Shown: one piece after another, positions 41,577 to 55,590 of the stretch
Layout of the letters: every line of letters starts with the position of its first letter
Position numbering within the stretch: the first letter of the stretch is position 1
Source of the DNA: Octopus vulgaris
Taxonomy: Eukaryota
Reading direction: 5' to 3'
DNA: 64,000 bases
Assembly (NCBI GenBank): GCA_951406725.2
Contig: OX597820.1
Coordinates: 83,142,001 to 83,206,000 of the forward strand
Made by a program: the position numbers and the translations under genes
Notes under the pieces: generated by a model
What the model was told of the DNA's origin: nothing
The model's input: the letters and a program-made list of their open reading frames with translations, nothing else
The model's database searches: none

Positions 41577-42251
41577 CATGCATATATGGATACACGGGTG
41601 CAAATAACATGAAATGAGTAAACAAACGAGTTAAATACGTAAACAAAGACAAAAAAGGAAAACAAGACAAGTACACAGAGAGAAAGGGCCTTTCATCAGT
41701 TGTCAGCCCTCTATCTACTCCTCATTTAGAGCATTCAACTACAATACGATTTTTCAAAGACAGTTGCTCCCATAAATTCTAAATTAAAATTTAAGATTTA
41801 GCGCAGGTCAAAATCATACAAGGGAACCGAACGAAGACAAATATGGCGGGCCGTTAGACCAGAAGGAGAGTAAAATAATGAACGCTGTGAAAAACGTTTT
41901 TTAAAAAGAGAGAAGATAGAAGAAAGAGAGGAAAAAAAAAAACGTCCGCTGATTTGAACGACCGTGCTGGAAAAGAAAGATGGTTACATGTGGAAAAGAA
42001 AGATGGAGGATGGTCACGCGTGAGTAACGAGACAGAGATATAGAAAGAAAACGGTGAATAAGGGAGGGGGAGAAGAAAGGAATTGTGGTGGAAGAAAGCA
42101 GTATAGAGAGTCGCATAAAAACGGTGATGATAAACTTAATTGGAAATGGATGCATGACGATCCATTCAATAATAAATTGAGACCAATATATATATATATC
42201 TACACACACACACACTCGCGCACGCACGCACACACACACACATATATATAG

Positions 42252-42460
42252 TTAATCCAAACATGGAAAAGGGAAAAGAAAACAACGCAAGAACCTGGAA
42301 CTAGTATAGTGTTATTGAACACTAAGGAAAGGGAAGAAAGAAGGAGGACTTAACGTTTCGAGGGGAGCTCTTCCTCAGAAACATAGAAAAAGGAAATGTC
42401 TAAGGAAGGGAAGACGGAGAAAGAAAATCGCCAACGATACACACGCAGTCACATATTGAA
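42252..42460 (-). mobile_element. Family A repeat with minimal hammerhead (42348-42382)
   Basis: Minus strand gttt CTGAGGA a GAGC tcc cctc GAA ACGT T aagt: canonical core, stems partly decayed. Confidence 0.72.
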
Positions 42461-44305
42461 AAGACCGGAAGGGGATGGGTGTGATTCCTGATAAACTTTT
42501 GTTTATCTAGTTTTTTACATTTAGTTTATGAGCATACTGTGCTTACATACTCATGCCCAGCGATAGCATCGGTAAATGATACCGGTAGGAAGAACGCATA
42601 TTATTATCCCTTAGGCGGTTATTCTTATCCCTAACTCTGCTTACCTATATGGATAAGGGAACAATTTATAATATATTTTTAGATCTTTTTGAGGAGATAA
42701 GAAAGATATATAATTATATATGAAAATAGCACGAAACCAGGAAAGTTCCGAAAGATGGGAGACCATATCGATTCGACGTAGACACGTACACTCTAGGATG
42801 ACGAAGAAGAGAATTTTAAAGATCTTAGTGCTGATTTGATCAATATACAGTCGAAAAAGTCATAGAAGCATTGGCGAAAAGTCCGCTAGTGATGTATAGA
42901 AAATGTAGTTTGTACGTTAGAGCAATTTCTGTTCCTTGTTAGAAGTATGTCTGTACATTTTATATACAGCTCATCAGCTTCAATTGGAAAACGAATCCAT
43001 ATCGATTTATCCTAGCTGACGTGCTCATATCTGTCTAGTATACCAACGGCTAGAATTTGTGGATTTCTCGAGGAAGACAATGCATTTAGTAGACACTGAT
43101 AGTATTAGTACTGGCGTATAAGTAGCATTGCTGTATCACACCAACTACATTTAGTTAATGCGAATATTTAGCAAAAATAAGCTCGAAGAAGGTTGGAAAG
43201 ATATGGGCAAGCTTATGGAATTACAAGTGTCACTAATCAGGCGCACGAGACGTATGTTGTTCTAAGTCAGACATAACATACCAGGCTATGAGAATACACA
43301 TAAATGTTTTGAAGAATTGCTGAGCGTAAGTAACAACTTCAAGTTATCAATTCAAAAGGGAATGGGGGTTATGCTCTAGAATTATGACAGAATCTTTGTT
43401 ACAAAGACCGCAAGGTACTTTATCACCCTCATTACACTGACTACAGCGGGAGTGATTCTAAGGGCAATTATCAGATATCCTACAGCAGTATTTCTTGTGG
43501 TTAGAATAACTTCAACGTTTTAATGCTAGTACTAATATAGTAATTGAGAAAACAGGCGTTCTCTTGTCACTAAAGTGGTTGCTATAATTATTATGATTAG
43601 TATAATCATTACAGATATCACGATTATTATTATTGTTATCTCCACTAATACTCAGAACAGTATTATAAATATCTTAGCTTCATTATCCGCCCATCTTGTT
43701 TTTATAGTTTCTCGAAATTTACTCCTTTTTGTCAATACTCTGCTACTCTTGTGAACGCATTCGTTACGGCAGTTATTAGTGAGTTCCCTAATGCCATTAT
43801 ATTTCAATTCTGATTTCTGGCAAAATCATTAGCACACCGGGTAAAAAGCTTAGCGGCATTTCGTCCATCTTTACATTCTGAGTTCAAATTCTACGATTTC
43901 GAAGTTGCCTTTCATCCTCTTGGAGTCGATAAAATGAGTACCAGTTGAGATTGAAGGTCGAACTTGAGTTTTAGGGGCACATTCCTACGAGATTCATAAT
44001 GAAACACCAAAATCCGGGAAGACTAAAAAGTAAGTACAGTTTGGCATTCACAGCAAGTGAAATGAATATGTAACTGCTTAGAAGTTCTGAATTCGATATA
44101 ATTATTTAAGATTTCGCATTTAAACTGATGAATAGCCAAACTGTTTGAAGTTTTGAAGCGAGCAACGTAAAAAGAGAAAGAATTTCTGCGAAAATGATAT
44201 TTCTGAATGTAATTGCAAAAAGAAAATTCATTTTGAGAAATAAATACATACATCGGTACACACGCACCACACACACACACACATTCATGTACATATATAA
44301 TATAT

Positions 44306-44447
<142 letters not shown>

Positions 44448-44602
44448 AATATATATATAAATATATATATATATAAATATATATTACATAAATGTTTTTT
44501 AATTTTCTCCTGGTTTACGGAATTGATGTTATTTTGCGGTTAAAGCTTTTGGCTGTTATTTCTAGTGGGTGAATGGCCTATTATGGCCGTTCCTTGATTG
44601 TG

Positions 44603-44645
<43 letters not shown>

Positions 44646-44662
44646 ATATATATACATATACA

Positions 44663-44701
<39 letters not shown>

Positions 44702-46298
44702 GCTATCATTTTCATAAACATTGCCTTTTATAAAAAAAAATTTCTTCTGTGATGGTAGCGTAATAACATCAAGAATTGAAGATGAGTTTCATTTAACCAA
44801 AGGCCGACAATAACATATAACAAAATATTACAGGAATATAGATTAAAATTTATAAATATCTCTTCATAGGACTCACAAATAAATGATCATGTTTCTTGTT
44901 TTGTTTATTTTTCAAAACAACAACTTCTTAAAGAGTAAAAAAAGAAACACCTCGGTATCTATCTATACCGATTTGTATGTTAATTTTTTTCTATAGTTTT
45001 TCCTTTCTTTGACTCTCTTTCTCGCTTCCTTTCTTATAATCAACTCTCTTCTGCTCCTTTTTCATTTTCTATTCCTGTTTAGTTCTTTTATCTCTCATAC
45101 TTTATTTTCCTTCCTTCCTCTCTTCGTTCGTTCCTTCTTTCCTCAACACATACTCGCTATTTTCCCTCTTCTTTTCTTTCATTCACAGTTTCTCTGTCTA
45201 TCTATCTGTTTGTCTGACTGTCTCTTTCTTCCTTCATTGTCTTTTCCTTCATTCCATACATCTGTTCCCTGCTCTTTTGTTCAATCTCCCTTCACTACTG
45301 CACATCTCTCTATTTGTTCCTCTCTCCTACGCACTCGTGCTACAATTCTCGTTCTTTCTCTCGCTTTTGTTTCAGCTTTCCCTATTTCAGTTTTTCCTTT
45401 TGTTCTCTCTTTTTCTCCTTTTGCCTTCATTATCTTTACCTACTGTTTCTCTAATTTTATCACCCTCTTTCACTGTCTCTCAGTATACTTCCTTCCACTC
45501 ATTTTTCTCTCTTCTTCACTCTCCCTTTAACTCTTTTATATCCCTTTCCCACAGTTTATCCTGTATTCTTTGCTTATTTCTGTCTTTCTCTTTTCATCGT
45601 TTTCTTCTACTGCATCTTTTTCTTTCTTTCCTTCGCTCTCTCATACATTTCTCTTCTCATTTAAATTCTTTATATCGCTTCAATATACAAATACCCCAAA
45701 CTCCAACGCACTGTCTACCCTCCTTAGTGCCTTCGCTTCTATAATTTCAGAAAGATACGAAAATAGTTAATATCATATAGCAAATTTAAAGCAATTTGCT
45801 ACTATCACATTCAAGGTAGCAAATAAAATTAGACTGTAAAGCAGCTGATTCTCCATAATACCCATATCAACTTTCAGCTATTGAATACATAAATTTTCCT
45901 TATTTTTAAGACAATTCCCTGTTGCTCCTGCATTCGCGACGTAGTATACTTAAAATTCAAAGACATCACTTAACAAAATATAGTATTTATTTCCTTACTA
46001 CAGTTAGTTGTTTCAATTAGTTGAGTTTGTTATCCCTTACGCATAAAATATTTTTGTGGGTCACAATCAGTTTGCTGCATCAAGAAATCGCAGGTGTTCC
46101 AAATATGAAAAGGTTGAACTCAGAAAACAATGTTTCTTACGAAGACAATTTTTGAGTGTCATGATTTACAGTTTGGAAAAAAAGTGTGTATAATGCTGAA
46201 TATAGAAGTAAATAATAAAGAGAAAATTTTTTTGTGGAAGGTATCTATAATAACACTCAAAACCCGTTAGATTCACTTATAAATTTAAATTTAATTTG

Positions 46299-46345
46299 TG
46301 TCAAAATATTTTCGTCGCATTGAGACCGTGGCCTGTTCACTGACA
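46299..46345 (-). ncRNA. Second G3-C8 hammerhead motif (family B)
   Basis: Minus strand TGTCA GTGAACA g gccac ggtctcaat gcgac GAA AATATT T TGACA; perfect stem I, stem II decayed. Confidence 0.62.
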
Positions 46346-46620
46346 AAATTTCGTGCAGCACGACTCGCAGAGATATACTGCGAAGTAGACTTCATATACT
46401 TCTCTTATAGCTATGTGCAATGTGTTTAAAGATCAAGTATGCAGTTAATACTGTTTTGATCAAGGAGCAAATTCTTTTTTCAAATAATAATTATAATAAT
46501 AATAAAGGGAAAAAAGCATATATGAATTCTACTTCTCTGCGGGTCTCGACGGATATACGTTAAGCGAAGACGTAGCTCGCTTACATATTCGTGGTTACTC
46601 GTATATTTATGCCTTGGAAT

Positions 46621-46689
46621 ACCGACGCTGATGAAGGCAACAGGTAGTGTTTTATTACTTTAAGCTCGAAACACTATCATGTATGCGGT
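46621..46689 (+). ncRNA. Type I hammerhead motif with extended stem II
   Basis: accgacg CTGATGA aggc ... ggtagt gtttt attact ... gctc GAA ACA ctatca TGT A tgcggt. Confidence 0.6.
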
Positions 46690-47590
46690 TTAATTCATAA
46701 TTCCTTTTCTTTCGTCTGCTAGCCTGTTATGTAGTGTTTTTCTCGGAGAATTTATGGTGGTAATAGTGTCTTCTGACGTCTATTTTTCACTGGTGAAAAA
46801 CAAGCCAAACCCTTGTTATAATTATGTATATAACTATAAAATATTTGTTTTTAATATTTAACACGCTTTAGCATTGTAAAACAAATAAATACAATAATAA
46901 AAAACATGAAAACTTGACAATGTTGTAACTTTATTCAACTGATATATTATTCTACACACATTTACAAATTCGGAAATATATATATCAATAATGTTAATGT
47001 GCTAACTTTTTGTTTTTGTACGTAGCTGTTGTGTGCGTCACACTTCAAAGAAGTGGCAAAGCGAGAGAGAGGAGGACGGAGAGAAAGTAAGAGAGAAAGA
47101 GACAGTGAGAGAGAGAGAGTGTGTGAGAGAAAAACGTGAGAGTGAAAGAGAACGCGAGAGAGTGCGAGAGAAAGAGAGAGAGAGATATTGAAAGACAGTG
47201 AGTGCTGACGGCGTTCGTTTTGTGCTTTTAAATATTTATCATATCGCAAGAGAGGTTGATGCATATATACATATACACATTGTTAAATCAAAAGCGGGAA
47301 AGAAGAGGGACAGAAAGGAAGTGAAAGAGAAAGAGAGAAAGAGAGTAAGTGAGAGAGACAGTTCATACATAGATACATCGACACAACAAATATTGGATGT
47401 CAATTTCACTTTTCATTACAACACGGGGACAAAATTAACTCACAAAAGACTGAGTACTCCACAGGCATGCATAACGTTAACGTAGTTCTCAGGAGGATTC
47501 AGCTTCACACAGAATATTACAAGGCTAGCCCCTTTGAATTACAGCTACAACTCGAGGCATATATATATACATATATATATAATGTATTTG

Positions 47591-47631
<41 letters not shown>

Positions 47632-47759
47632 TGTGTGTGTGTGCATACTACAGGTTAGTTAAAACATGTTTGCAATAATAAATATCGCGTGGTGGAAATA
47701 AACGCAATTACCAAACTCATTCATAAATTAATTTATAATTTCGTTATTTCGTATTTCAA

Positions 47760-48457
47760 TTTGTACATTTGTACCTACAAATTTTCAACAACTGCACGCT
47801 AGAAGAAATGGAAAATCGAGTAATTTTATCTCCTAAAAATTCTGACTGCCTTGCAATAATTGAAAAAGTTCTTACTATTATACCAGAGGCATTTAAAACA
47901 TACTTAAGCACATATTCAATATCCTGCAATTATGAAGTGGAGGTTCAGAACTATCCATTTGAATTCAAAAATTCACTCATTCCATCTGTTATGCCTCCTC
48001 ATGGCTTCAACTTAAAAGTAGGGGCTATTGTAATGCTGCTAAGAAAACTTTCGATCAGTCAAGGATTATGCAATGGAGCTTGCATGAAAGTGCAAAGACT
48101 TTATGAACATTGTGTAGAGGCATCATTGGTAAACGGCTCCAACAGAGGTCGTACAGTTCTAATTCCAGAATTAAACTTAGCCCAAGTAATGCAAATATTC
48201 CATTCACACTAAATAGACTTCGGTTTATACTTAGACTTGCATAGTCAATGACAATTAATAAGGCTGAAGAGAAAACATTTGAAAAAGCTGGAATACAACC
48301 GGTATTTTCTCATAGCCAATTATATGTCGCATTTTCAGGAGCACGAGCTATGAACAATATCAAAGTAAGAGTTATGACACTTAACTAGGATAACAGACAA
48401 GGCTAAAATCATGGTATGACATACACACCAAATATTGTCTACCAAGAAGTACTGTGA
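47760..48457 (+). mobile_element. Helitron RepHel PIF1-like helicase, C-terminal pseudogenic fragment
   Basis: RVILSPKN, MPPHGFNLKVGAIVMLLRKLSISQGLCNG, MTINKA, FSHSQLYVAFS, NIVYQEVL-stop; frameshifts and stops. Confidence 0.85.
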
Positions 48458-48664
48458 GGAAGAGCACCACACCAGCTAGCACCATCATCACACCAGCTGC
48501 TCCATCATTACACATCCACTTTACACCTTTGAGATCAGGGGACCAGTTATGGGCCCGTCGGATCTCTCTCGGCGTACCAGCAAACCACAAAATTGCACCA
48601 GCCAGCATCACTACTACTATCTCCAAGCTCGTCATATATATGCATTCATGTATGCATGTATGTA

Positions 48665-49956
48665 CGAGGGGCGTTCAATCAGTAATGCCCCTGACCCACC
48701 TCCCATAGCAGTAGAGCAACGAAACTTGGCAGAGTTATTAGTCTTTTTCTACATAGGAACCACCCAGAGTTACGCATTTCTCCCATCGTTTGATGCGGCT
48801 CTGGAGACCGTTTTTGTAGCAGAACCCAGCTTGGCCCTCCAACCTCAACGTGACTTCATAAATCAAGGCTGCATCATCTGGGAAACGCTTTCCTTTCAAA
48901 AATAACTTCATGATTGGGAAGAGGTGAAAATCAGAGGGTGCAAGGTCAGGAAAGTAGGGGAGATAGGGAGGAGTTCATAGCCATACGCCTGTGCTTCTGA
49001 TCTGGCGACAACGCGAGTTGTGGACCGGAGCGTTGTCCTGCAGGAGGAGGATGCCTTTGCTGAATCTTGCCCCGCCTCTTGATTTTGATAACTTCTCTTA
49101 ATTTCCTCAAAAGTGAAGCATAATAGGCTCCTGCAATTGTGGTACCCTTTGCCAGGAAATCTGTCATCACTACTCCGTCCTGGTCCCAGAAGACTGTGAG
49201 CATGACCTTGCGAGCGGAGGGCTGCACCCTTGCCTTCTTTGGAGGGGGTGAGTCACGATGCTTCCACTGCATTGACTGGGCTTTGGTCTCTGGATCATCG
49301 TGATGGACCCAGGTTTGATCCTATGTAATCAGTCTTTTGAAAAATTTTGACTCATCTTCTTGGCACATCTCCAAATTCACCCTCGAGCACTCGACACGTT
49401 CTTGCTTCTGGAAAGACGTGAGCAACCTGGGAATCCATCTGGCAGACACCTTTTGCATATGCAAATAGTCATGAATGATAGTTTCCACAGACCCGGTACT
49501 AATCTTGACCTCATGGGTTATTTGGCGAATAATTATTCGTCGATCTTCCAAAATGGCAGCCTCAACTTGACGGACAGATGCCTCATCAATGGCAGAAGGG
49601 GCGACCAGATCTGGGATCTGTTTCCACAGAGTTCCGACCATGTTTGAATTCACGATGCCAGCGTTTTACAAGGTCATATGATGGGGCATCATCACCATAA
49701 GTTACTTTCATTTCATCAAAAGTCTCCCGTGGTGTGCGTCCTTTCAAATACAAAAACCGGATCACTGCTCGACACTCAACAGGCTCCATTTCACACTTGA
49801 CTCGGTTCAAACACCTGTAAATCAGAAACCACAATTAATTCAGAGCTGTAATTTGCCACTTACTCTATAGAGATATAAATGATTGCACATGCAGAATTTC
49901 AGCTAGATCAAACAACTGCAAGTGGGTCAGAGGCATTACTTATTGAACGTCCCTCG
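48665..49956 (-). mobile_element. Full-length (~1.29 kb) mariner with TIRs and TA target duplication; frameshifted transposase
   Basis: ta-cgaggggcgttcaatcagtaatgcccctgaccca ... tgggtcagaggcattacttattgaacgtccctcg-ta. Motifs MEPVECRAVIRFL, ARWIPRLLT, KVMLTVFWD, LQDNAPVH. Confidence 0.93.
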
Positions 49957-49959
49957 TAT

Positions 49960-50047
49960 GTATACGCACACAAGCACACGCATTTACATTACGCCCACAC
50001 AGCTCAAAAAAACCCGCATACACAAACGCATACGTTCATACACACAC

Positions 50048-50088
<41 letters not shown>

Positions 50089-51195
50089 GCGTTGGCTGTA
50101 TTGCAGGCGTGCGTCAGTGTATGTATGTGTGTGCCTATGGATTCACATACACCCACACCAATTCTTTTTTCCATCAATCTTTCAATTATAACGTGTGTGC
50201 TTGCATACATATATATATACACACATATAAACCTCTACATTTGTACACACACGCACATGTATACATACATTCACTCGCACGCACGTACACACACACATAT
50301 ACATATATACATACAATACACACGCACACACATACACACGTACAAACACACACACAAGCACAGATGCCCACATATACCTCCAACAAACAATACTCATACA
50401 GATACGCACACACTCATACACACATGGGCGCAGACACATACACACTCGTAAGCGCACACACGCATAGAAGCACACGCACGCACATTACGCCCACACAACT
50501 CCAAACCCCCACACGCATACACAAATTCACATACACACCGATACATATACATACACACAATATATGCCTACACGCGCACACACACATACAGATACGTATA
50601 CACATATAAGCACAGACACACACACATACGCACACATAAACATGCGCACACATACGCACGCACACATGCACACGAATGCACACACCCAAAACTAACAACC
50701 CCACAGATACACGCATATTCATCCATATACGCTTACACACACACAGAAATGAACCCACACATACATCCCATACACGCACACAATTATACATACATATATA
50801 CACACATACGCACGTACAAACACATGCGCACACATACACTAAGTATAGCACAGTTATTCGCCACACACCCAAACTCTACGCATACACACACGAACACACA
50901 CATACATACACACACACACACTACAAACAAAACACACACACGATACATATACATACACGCACAAACACACATACTTCAAAGTAAGAGGACTGACCTGTGG
51001 CAGGGACAAAAACACCACTCCTTATTCTACTAGCCTTACAAACTATCCAGCCTTACTACTAGCCCTTTGTTTACAGCTACAACCACACACATATATACAC
51101 ACACACACATACACGAGTCATCATTGCACACATACACACACACACGCACACGCAGACCCCCGCGCACGCACATATCCACACTTACACACACATTC
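49960..51195. repeat. Long degenerate CA-rich low-complexity tract with internal duplications
   Basis: cattacgcccacaca recurs at ~49987 and ~50483; source of the His/Thr- and Cys/Val-rich ORFs. Confidence 0.85.
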
Positions 51196-51261
51196 CCCCT
51201 CCTACCATTATGCTGTCTTTGACAATACTACTCTTCTGTCTTTGAAAACATCTTTCTTCAC

Positions 51262-51475
51262 CCTTTTCCTTCCGTCTTTCAAAATGTCACCTCGTGTGTA
51301 CCATTGGCTTTTTTTCCCCTCTGTCTTCCCTTCTCTGGATCTTTCCTCCTCCTATGTTTCCTACAAAGAGCTCCGCTCGAAACGTTAAACCCTCCTTCTT
51401 TCCTTCCTTCCTGAACGTCCAATAATACTATATTTGTTCCACGTCCTCGCGTTGTTATGTTCTTTTTGTGCTTGT
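51262..51475 (+). mobile_element. Family A repeat with decayed hammerhead core (51356-51390)
   Basis: gttt cctacaa a GAGC tcc GCTC GAA ACGT T aaac. Confidence 0.72.
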
Positions 51476-51529
51476 ATGTATGTATGTATGTATGTATGTA
51501 TGTATGTATGTGTGTGTATTTGGGATTAG

Positions 51530-51730
51530 TCCCACGACCACCATTGCTTGACAACCGATGTTAGTGCGTTTGTGTCCCTGTAATTTAGCTGTTCAGCAGA
51601 AGACACTGATAGAATAAGCACCATGCATACAGGGAATAAGTCCGGGGTTCAATTTCTTCGAATAAAATGTGGTCCTCCAAGCATGGCCACCGTCAAATTA
51701 CTGAAACAAGTATAAGAATAAAAGAATACC
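51530..51730 (+). mobile_element. SINE 3' part
   Basis: gcttgacaaccgatgttagtg ... gcatggccaccgtcaaattactgaaacaagtataagaata tail shared with other SINE copies. Confidence 0.65.
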
Positions 51731-52166
51731 AACAAAACTTTCCATACCACAAGACCAAGCATGTTCTTTGAATATGCACGATGTATTTTAAGGTTAAATA
51801 GTAATTCAATTTACGTTTGCGCAAATGAGATATTAGATCGATCCCAGTACACAACTGGTACTTACTTTGTCGAACCTCAAAGGACGAAACGTAAAATCGA
51901 CCTCAGCAGAATTTGAACTCAGAACGTAAAGACCGACGGTCATAATATGCAAATGTTTCTCATGGTATCAGTCCACTATTTACAGATGCTTACAGTTTCT
52001 ATGTTTTCTGTGAATGTGAATTCTTCACGGGTCCAGCTAGTATATATTAATATAAGAGAATGGAGAAAAATGTATAGTGGATAATTATTTTATTTATATT
52101 ACGATAAAAATAGCAAATATAAATTAATAGAAAAAAGCATAAAAAGTGCCTACACATGTTTCAAAC

Positions 52167-52243
<77 letters not shown>

Positions 52244-52285
52244 ATATCTATCTATCTATCTATCTATATATATATATATATCTAT

Positions 52286-52339
<54 letters not shown>

Positions 52340-52380
52340 CTATGTATCTAAGTCTCTCGCTCTCTCTCTCTCTCCCTCTC

Positions 52381-52902
52381 TCTGTATATATATATATATA
52401 AAACTGTAGTTGTGTGAGTGTCTGTCCCCTTCGATTTAGATTCCTAACTACTCCCACATTTTGCGGTGCAGTTTAACCAAATCACGACCATATCTTATAG
52501 TCGTGATTCATATCAAGCCCGTCTGAGTATTAGCGCGCGTCTACGATGAGTCTACGATTTTAAAAATAATTTAACATCATTTTTTATTCCATTTTAATGC
52601 ATAATTTTTCGTGTGTCGATGGCGGCGGAGTTGGCGTCCATGGTCACACCTGCACCTGTTTGCTTCTCCCCCTCTTCCCTCCCTCGTGAAGCTGTGGGGA
52701 AGGGAGTGTAAGGAAATCAACGTCGTAAAGCGTTGTCAAGGAGACCAGCGTTCTTTTAGAACAACGACTTAATGGCTTGAAGACACTAAAACAGAAATGG
52801 CTAAGAAAGCCCGAATTGGCACTATAACGGAAGTAAGTCTCTAAAAATGCTTATATAGTTATTTCCCTTACAAACCCGAGCAACGCCGGGCGATACTGCT
52901 AG
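52381..52902 (+). mobile_element. Non-autonomous Helitron-like element
   Basis: 5' tc...tatatataaaactgtagttgtgtgagtgtctgtc; 3' hairpin cccgagcaacgccggg followed by ctgCTAG|t. A similar 3' end lies at 61842-61870. Confidence 0.7.
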
Positions 52903-53212
52903 TATATATATATATATATATATATACGTATGTGTGTGTGTGTGCTTCTATATCTCCTAATAATCTCTTTCTAATTCTTTTATCTGTCAATTGATCATAA
53001 TTCCGCTGGGTAGACGATGGTAGATAACTCGTTATTCTTGATTATAACCATCTTTTTTGAATAAGTAGCGATTGTTTTAAAAAATACTACCTCTCATTTT
53101 TACTTTTATTTGCACAAATCTTTAAATTCCTCATAGAAGTACACTATAACATTGTTCAATCTAATAGATATTCTGCATAATAGAATGCATCTATTAGCCC
53201 ATTTCAATGCAA

Positions 53213-53363
<151 letters not shown>

Positions 53364-54259
53364 TTTCTCTACTATAAGTAACGATAAATCTCTCTCCTAA
53401 ATCGAACGTAGAATTAGTATCTTAATATTTTATTTAGCATATATACTCTCCACCACATATTGATCTTAACCAGTAAAGACACAAATCTCTTTATGAATTC
53501 CTATTTTTGAATTTCTTACGTCTCACTCTTCTTCTCTTTAATTCATTCTATCTAATTAACGTCTTCAAAATATTTTACCCTAATTATATAATGCCCCTCG
53601 CAACGCCTAACCATCTGTATTCTTTTAAAATGATTACATAATGTCTCTCAGTACCTATAACTGTCGATTTTTCAAATCCATCATACACTTTTAGCATGAT
53701 TTGATTAGCTAATAGTTATCCTTGACATCTTTTCTAACAACTTAATGTTTACATTACTTGGATATATGAAAATGCGGTCCTCATCTATCTTACTCAGTGT
53801 TTTTTGTACCGCCAAATTGAATTCCTTTGAAAAGTATGTAAGCATTAGCCTTTTCTACAATGCAGCTCTGATGATATCTGGTGGTTCTTTTACATCTAGA
53901 ACTCTTAACATGGTTCGAAAACTGCGGATATTAAACGCTGTTCAACTAATGAACAGAGTAAAACATGTGTAGGCGCTATTAATGCTTTTTTTCTATCAAT
54001 CTATGTTCTATTTAATTTTATTTCTATTAAATGGTTTGGTATGTTTTTATCGTGATACAATTAAAATAAGTATCGACTATATATTTTTCTCCATTTTCTT
54101 ATGTTAATATAGCTGAAAATTAGAATATTTATCACTATATATTGTGAAAATGCTCTCAATATATCATCAATAAGGCCAGTTGACGACTGGATTTCATATT
54201 CCTTAAAGAGGAAATTACATGCTCAAATTGACTTTATGTATATATATATATATATATAC

Positions 54260-54338
<79 letters not shown>

Positions 54339-54377
54339 GCATACAAATACACACGCACACTCACACACATATATATG

Positions 54378-55273
54378 CAGAGGTTGGAAAGAATAATGGA
54401 AACAGCTTAAAAATTTCAAACAAATTTACTTTAATATGGAGCAGGACTGCATTTGGCAGTAATTATAGCTTGAATTATACGAGCTATGGACTTGTACAAA
54501 GCTTGAATTGCTTCCAAAGGAAACCATTAGTCTCTCCTCGAGATCATCACAGGTCCTCCTACATGTTTAACAGTTGGAAGAAGAAAGTCTGCGTCAAATG
54601 CTTCTTTTGGCTGTCTCCACACGTATACTCGTCTGAGAAAATAACATTCTTCCACTGCTTTAGGGACCAAGTCTGTAGGTGGTTTTTACTCCACTCGAAA
54701 CGCTTTGCAACATTTGTTTTTGCAAATAGTGGTTTTCTGATTGCAGCCCTCCCGTGAAATCCGGCTTTATGCAGCTCCCGGCGGTCAGTTTTTCTGGAAA
54801 CTGCGCTCTCGATGTCGTCATTAAGCTCTGCAGTAATTTTGGGAGTTATACTTTTCTGATCCTTTCTAAAAAGTTTCGGAAAGAATCCGACGGTTCCTAT
54901 CTGAAAGTTTTGGTTTTCTTCCGGAGTTTTGTTACGACGAGGAGGTTCTTCCCTGTTTCTCAAAAGCTGTCATTACATTTGAGATAGTACTTCTTGATAC
55001 ACCAAACATTTCGGCTGTTTCATTACGCTAGCGTTTGCCATACGAACACTAACAATTTGACCTCTTTGAAGGTCCCATAGATCTGTGATTTTAATGAATT
55101 TTAATTGCCTTTTTCTGATGATATCTCAACAGAAACAGCTATTTTAGCAAACATATTAAGCAACACTAATAATAAATCAGGAGCATGAAAATAAACAAGC
55201 TTTTGCCGGTTTTATAGATATTTCAAAATTATGATGCTATGATGCTAGATGTTTCTATTATTTTGTCCAACCC

Positions 55274-55276
<3 letters not shown>
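54378..55276 (-). mobile_element. Internally deleted Tc1-like transposon
   Basis: TIRs cagaggttggaaagaataatggaaaca / tgtttctattattttgtccaacccctg; [18 protein letters not shown] and WKNVIFSDE. Confidence 0.88.
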
Positions 55277-55324
<48 letters not shown>

Positions 55325-55490
55325 TTTGTGTAATAATCTTGCAGCTTGCTCCCCTATGGGTATCGGTTACCACAATGCTATCATACTGTAGAACTTCTTT
55401 TACTTGCTATGGATGTGAAAATACATGAATATGTGCAGTTTATACAACAGAATATTTTTATAAGAGAAATTTAAATAAACAGTCTTTATT

Positions 55491-55590
55491 CCAGATCCCT
55501 ACAATTGTTTCGGCACAACTGTATCAGCACGTAAGTTAAAAGTTATGCATATATTATTGTTCCACCAATAGCTATCTTCAGGTGAGTTGG
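55491..55590 (-). ncRNA. Type I hammerhead motif with long stem II insert and palindromic stem III
   Basis: Minus strand ccaactcac CTGAAGA tagc ...~55 nt... gcc GAA ACAATTGT A gggatctgg; stems I and II imperfect. Confidence 0.58.

Noticed and set aside
41670-41715. CTGATGA / GAAA words on the minus strand (similar at 36975-37010)
   Set aside because: Boxes overlap or lack pairing stems; cannot build a three-way junction.
45009-45770. Long Phe/Leu/Ser-rich ORFs resembling membrane proteins
   Set aside because: Pyrimidine-rich low-complexity DNA, open in several frames.
47769-48212. Host PIF1 helicase gene
   Set aside because: Intronless, frameshifted and ending in the Helitron-type NIVYQEVL terminus.
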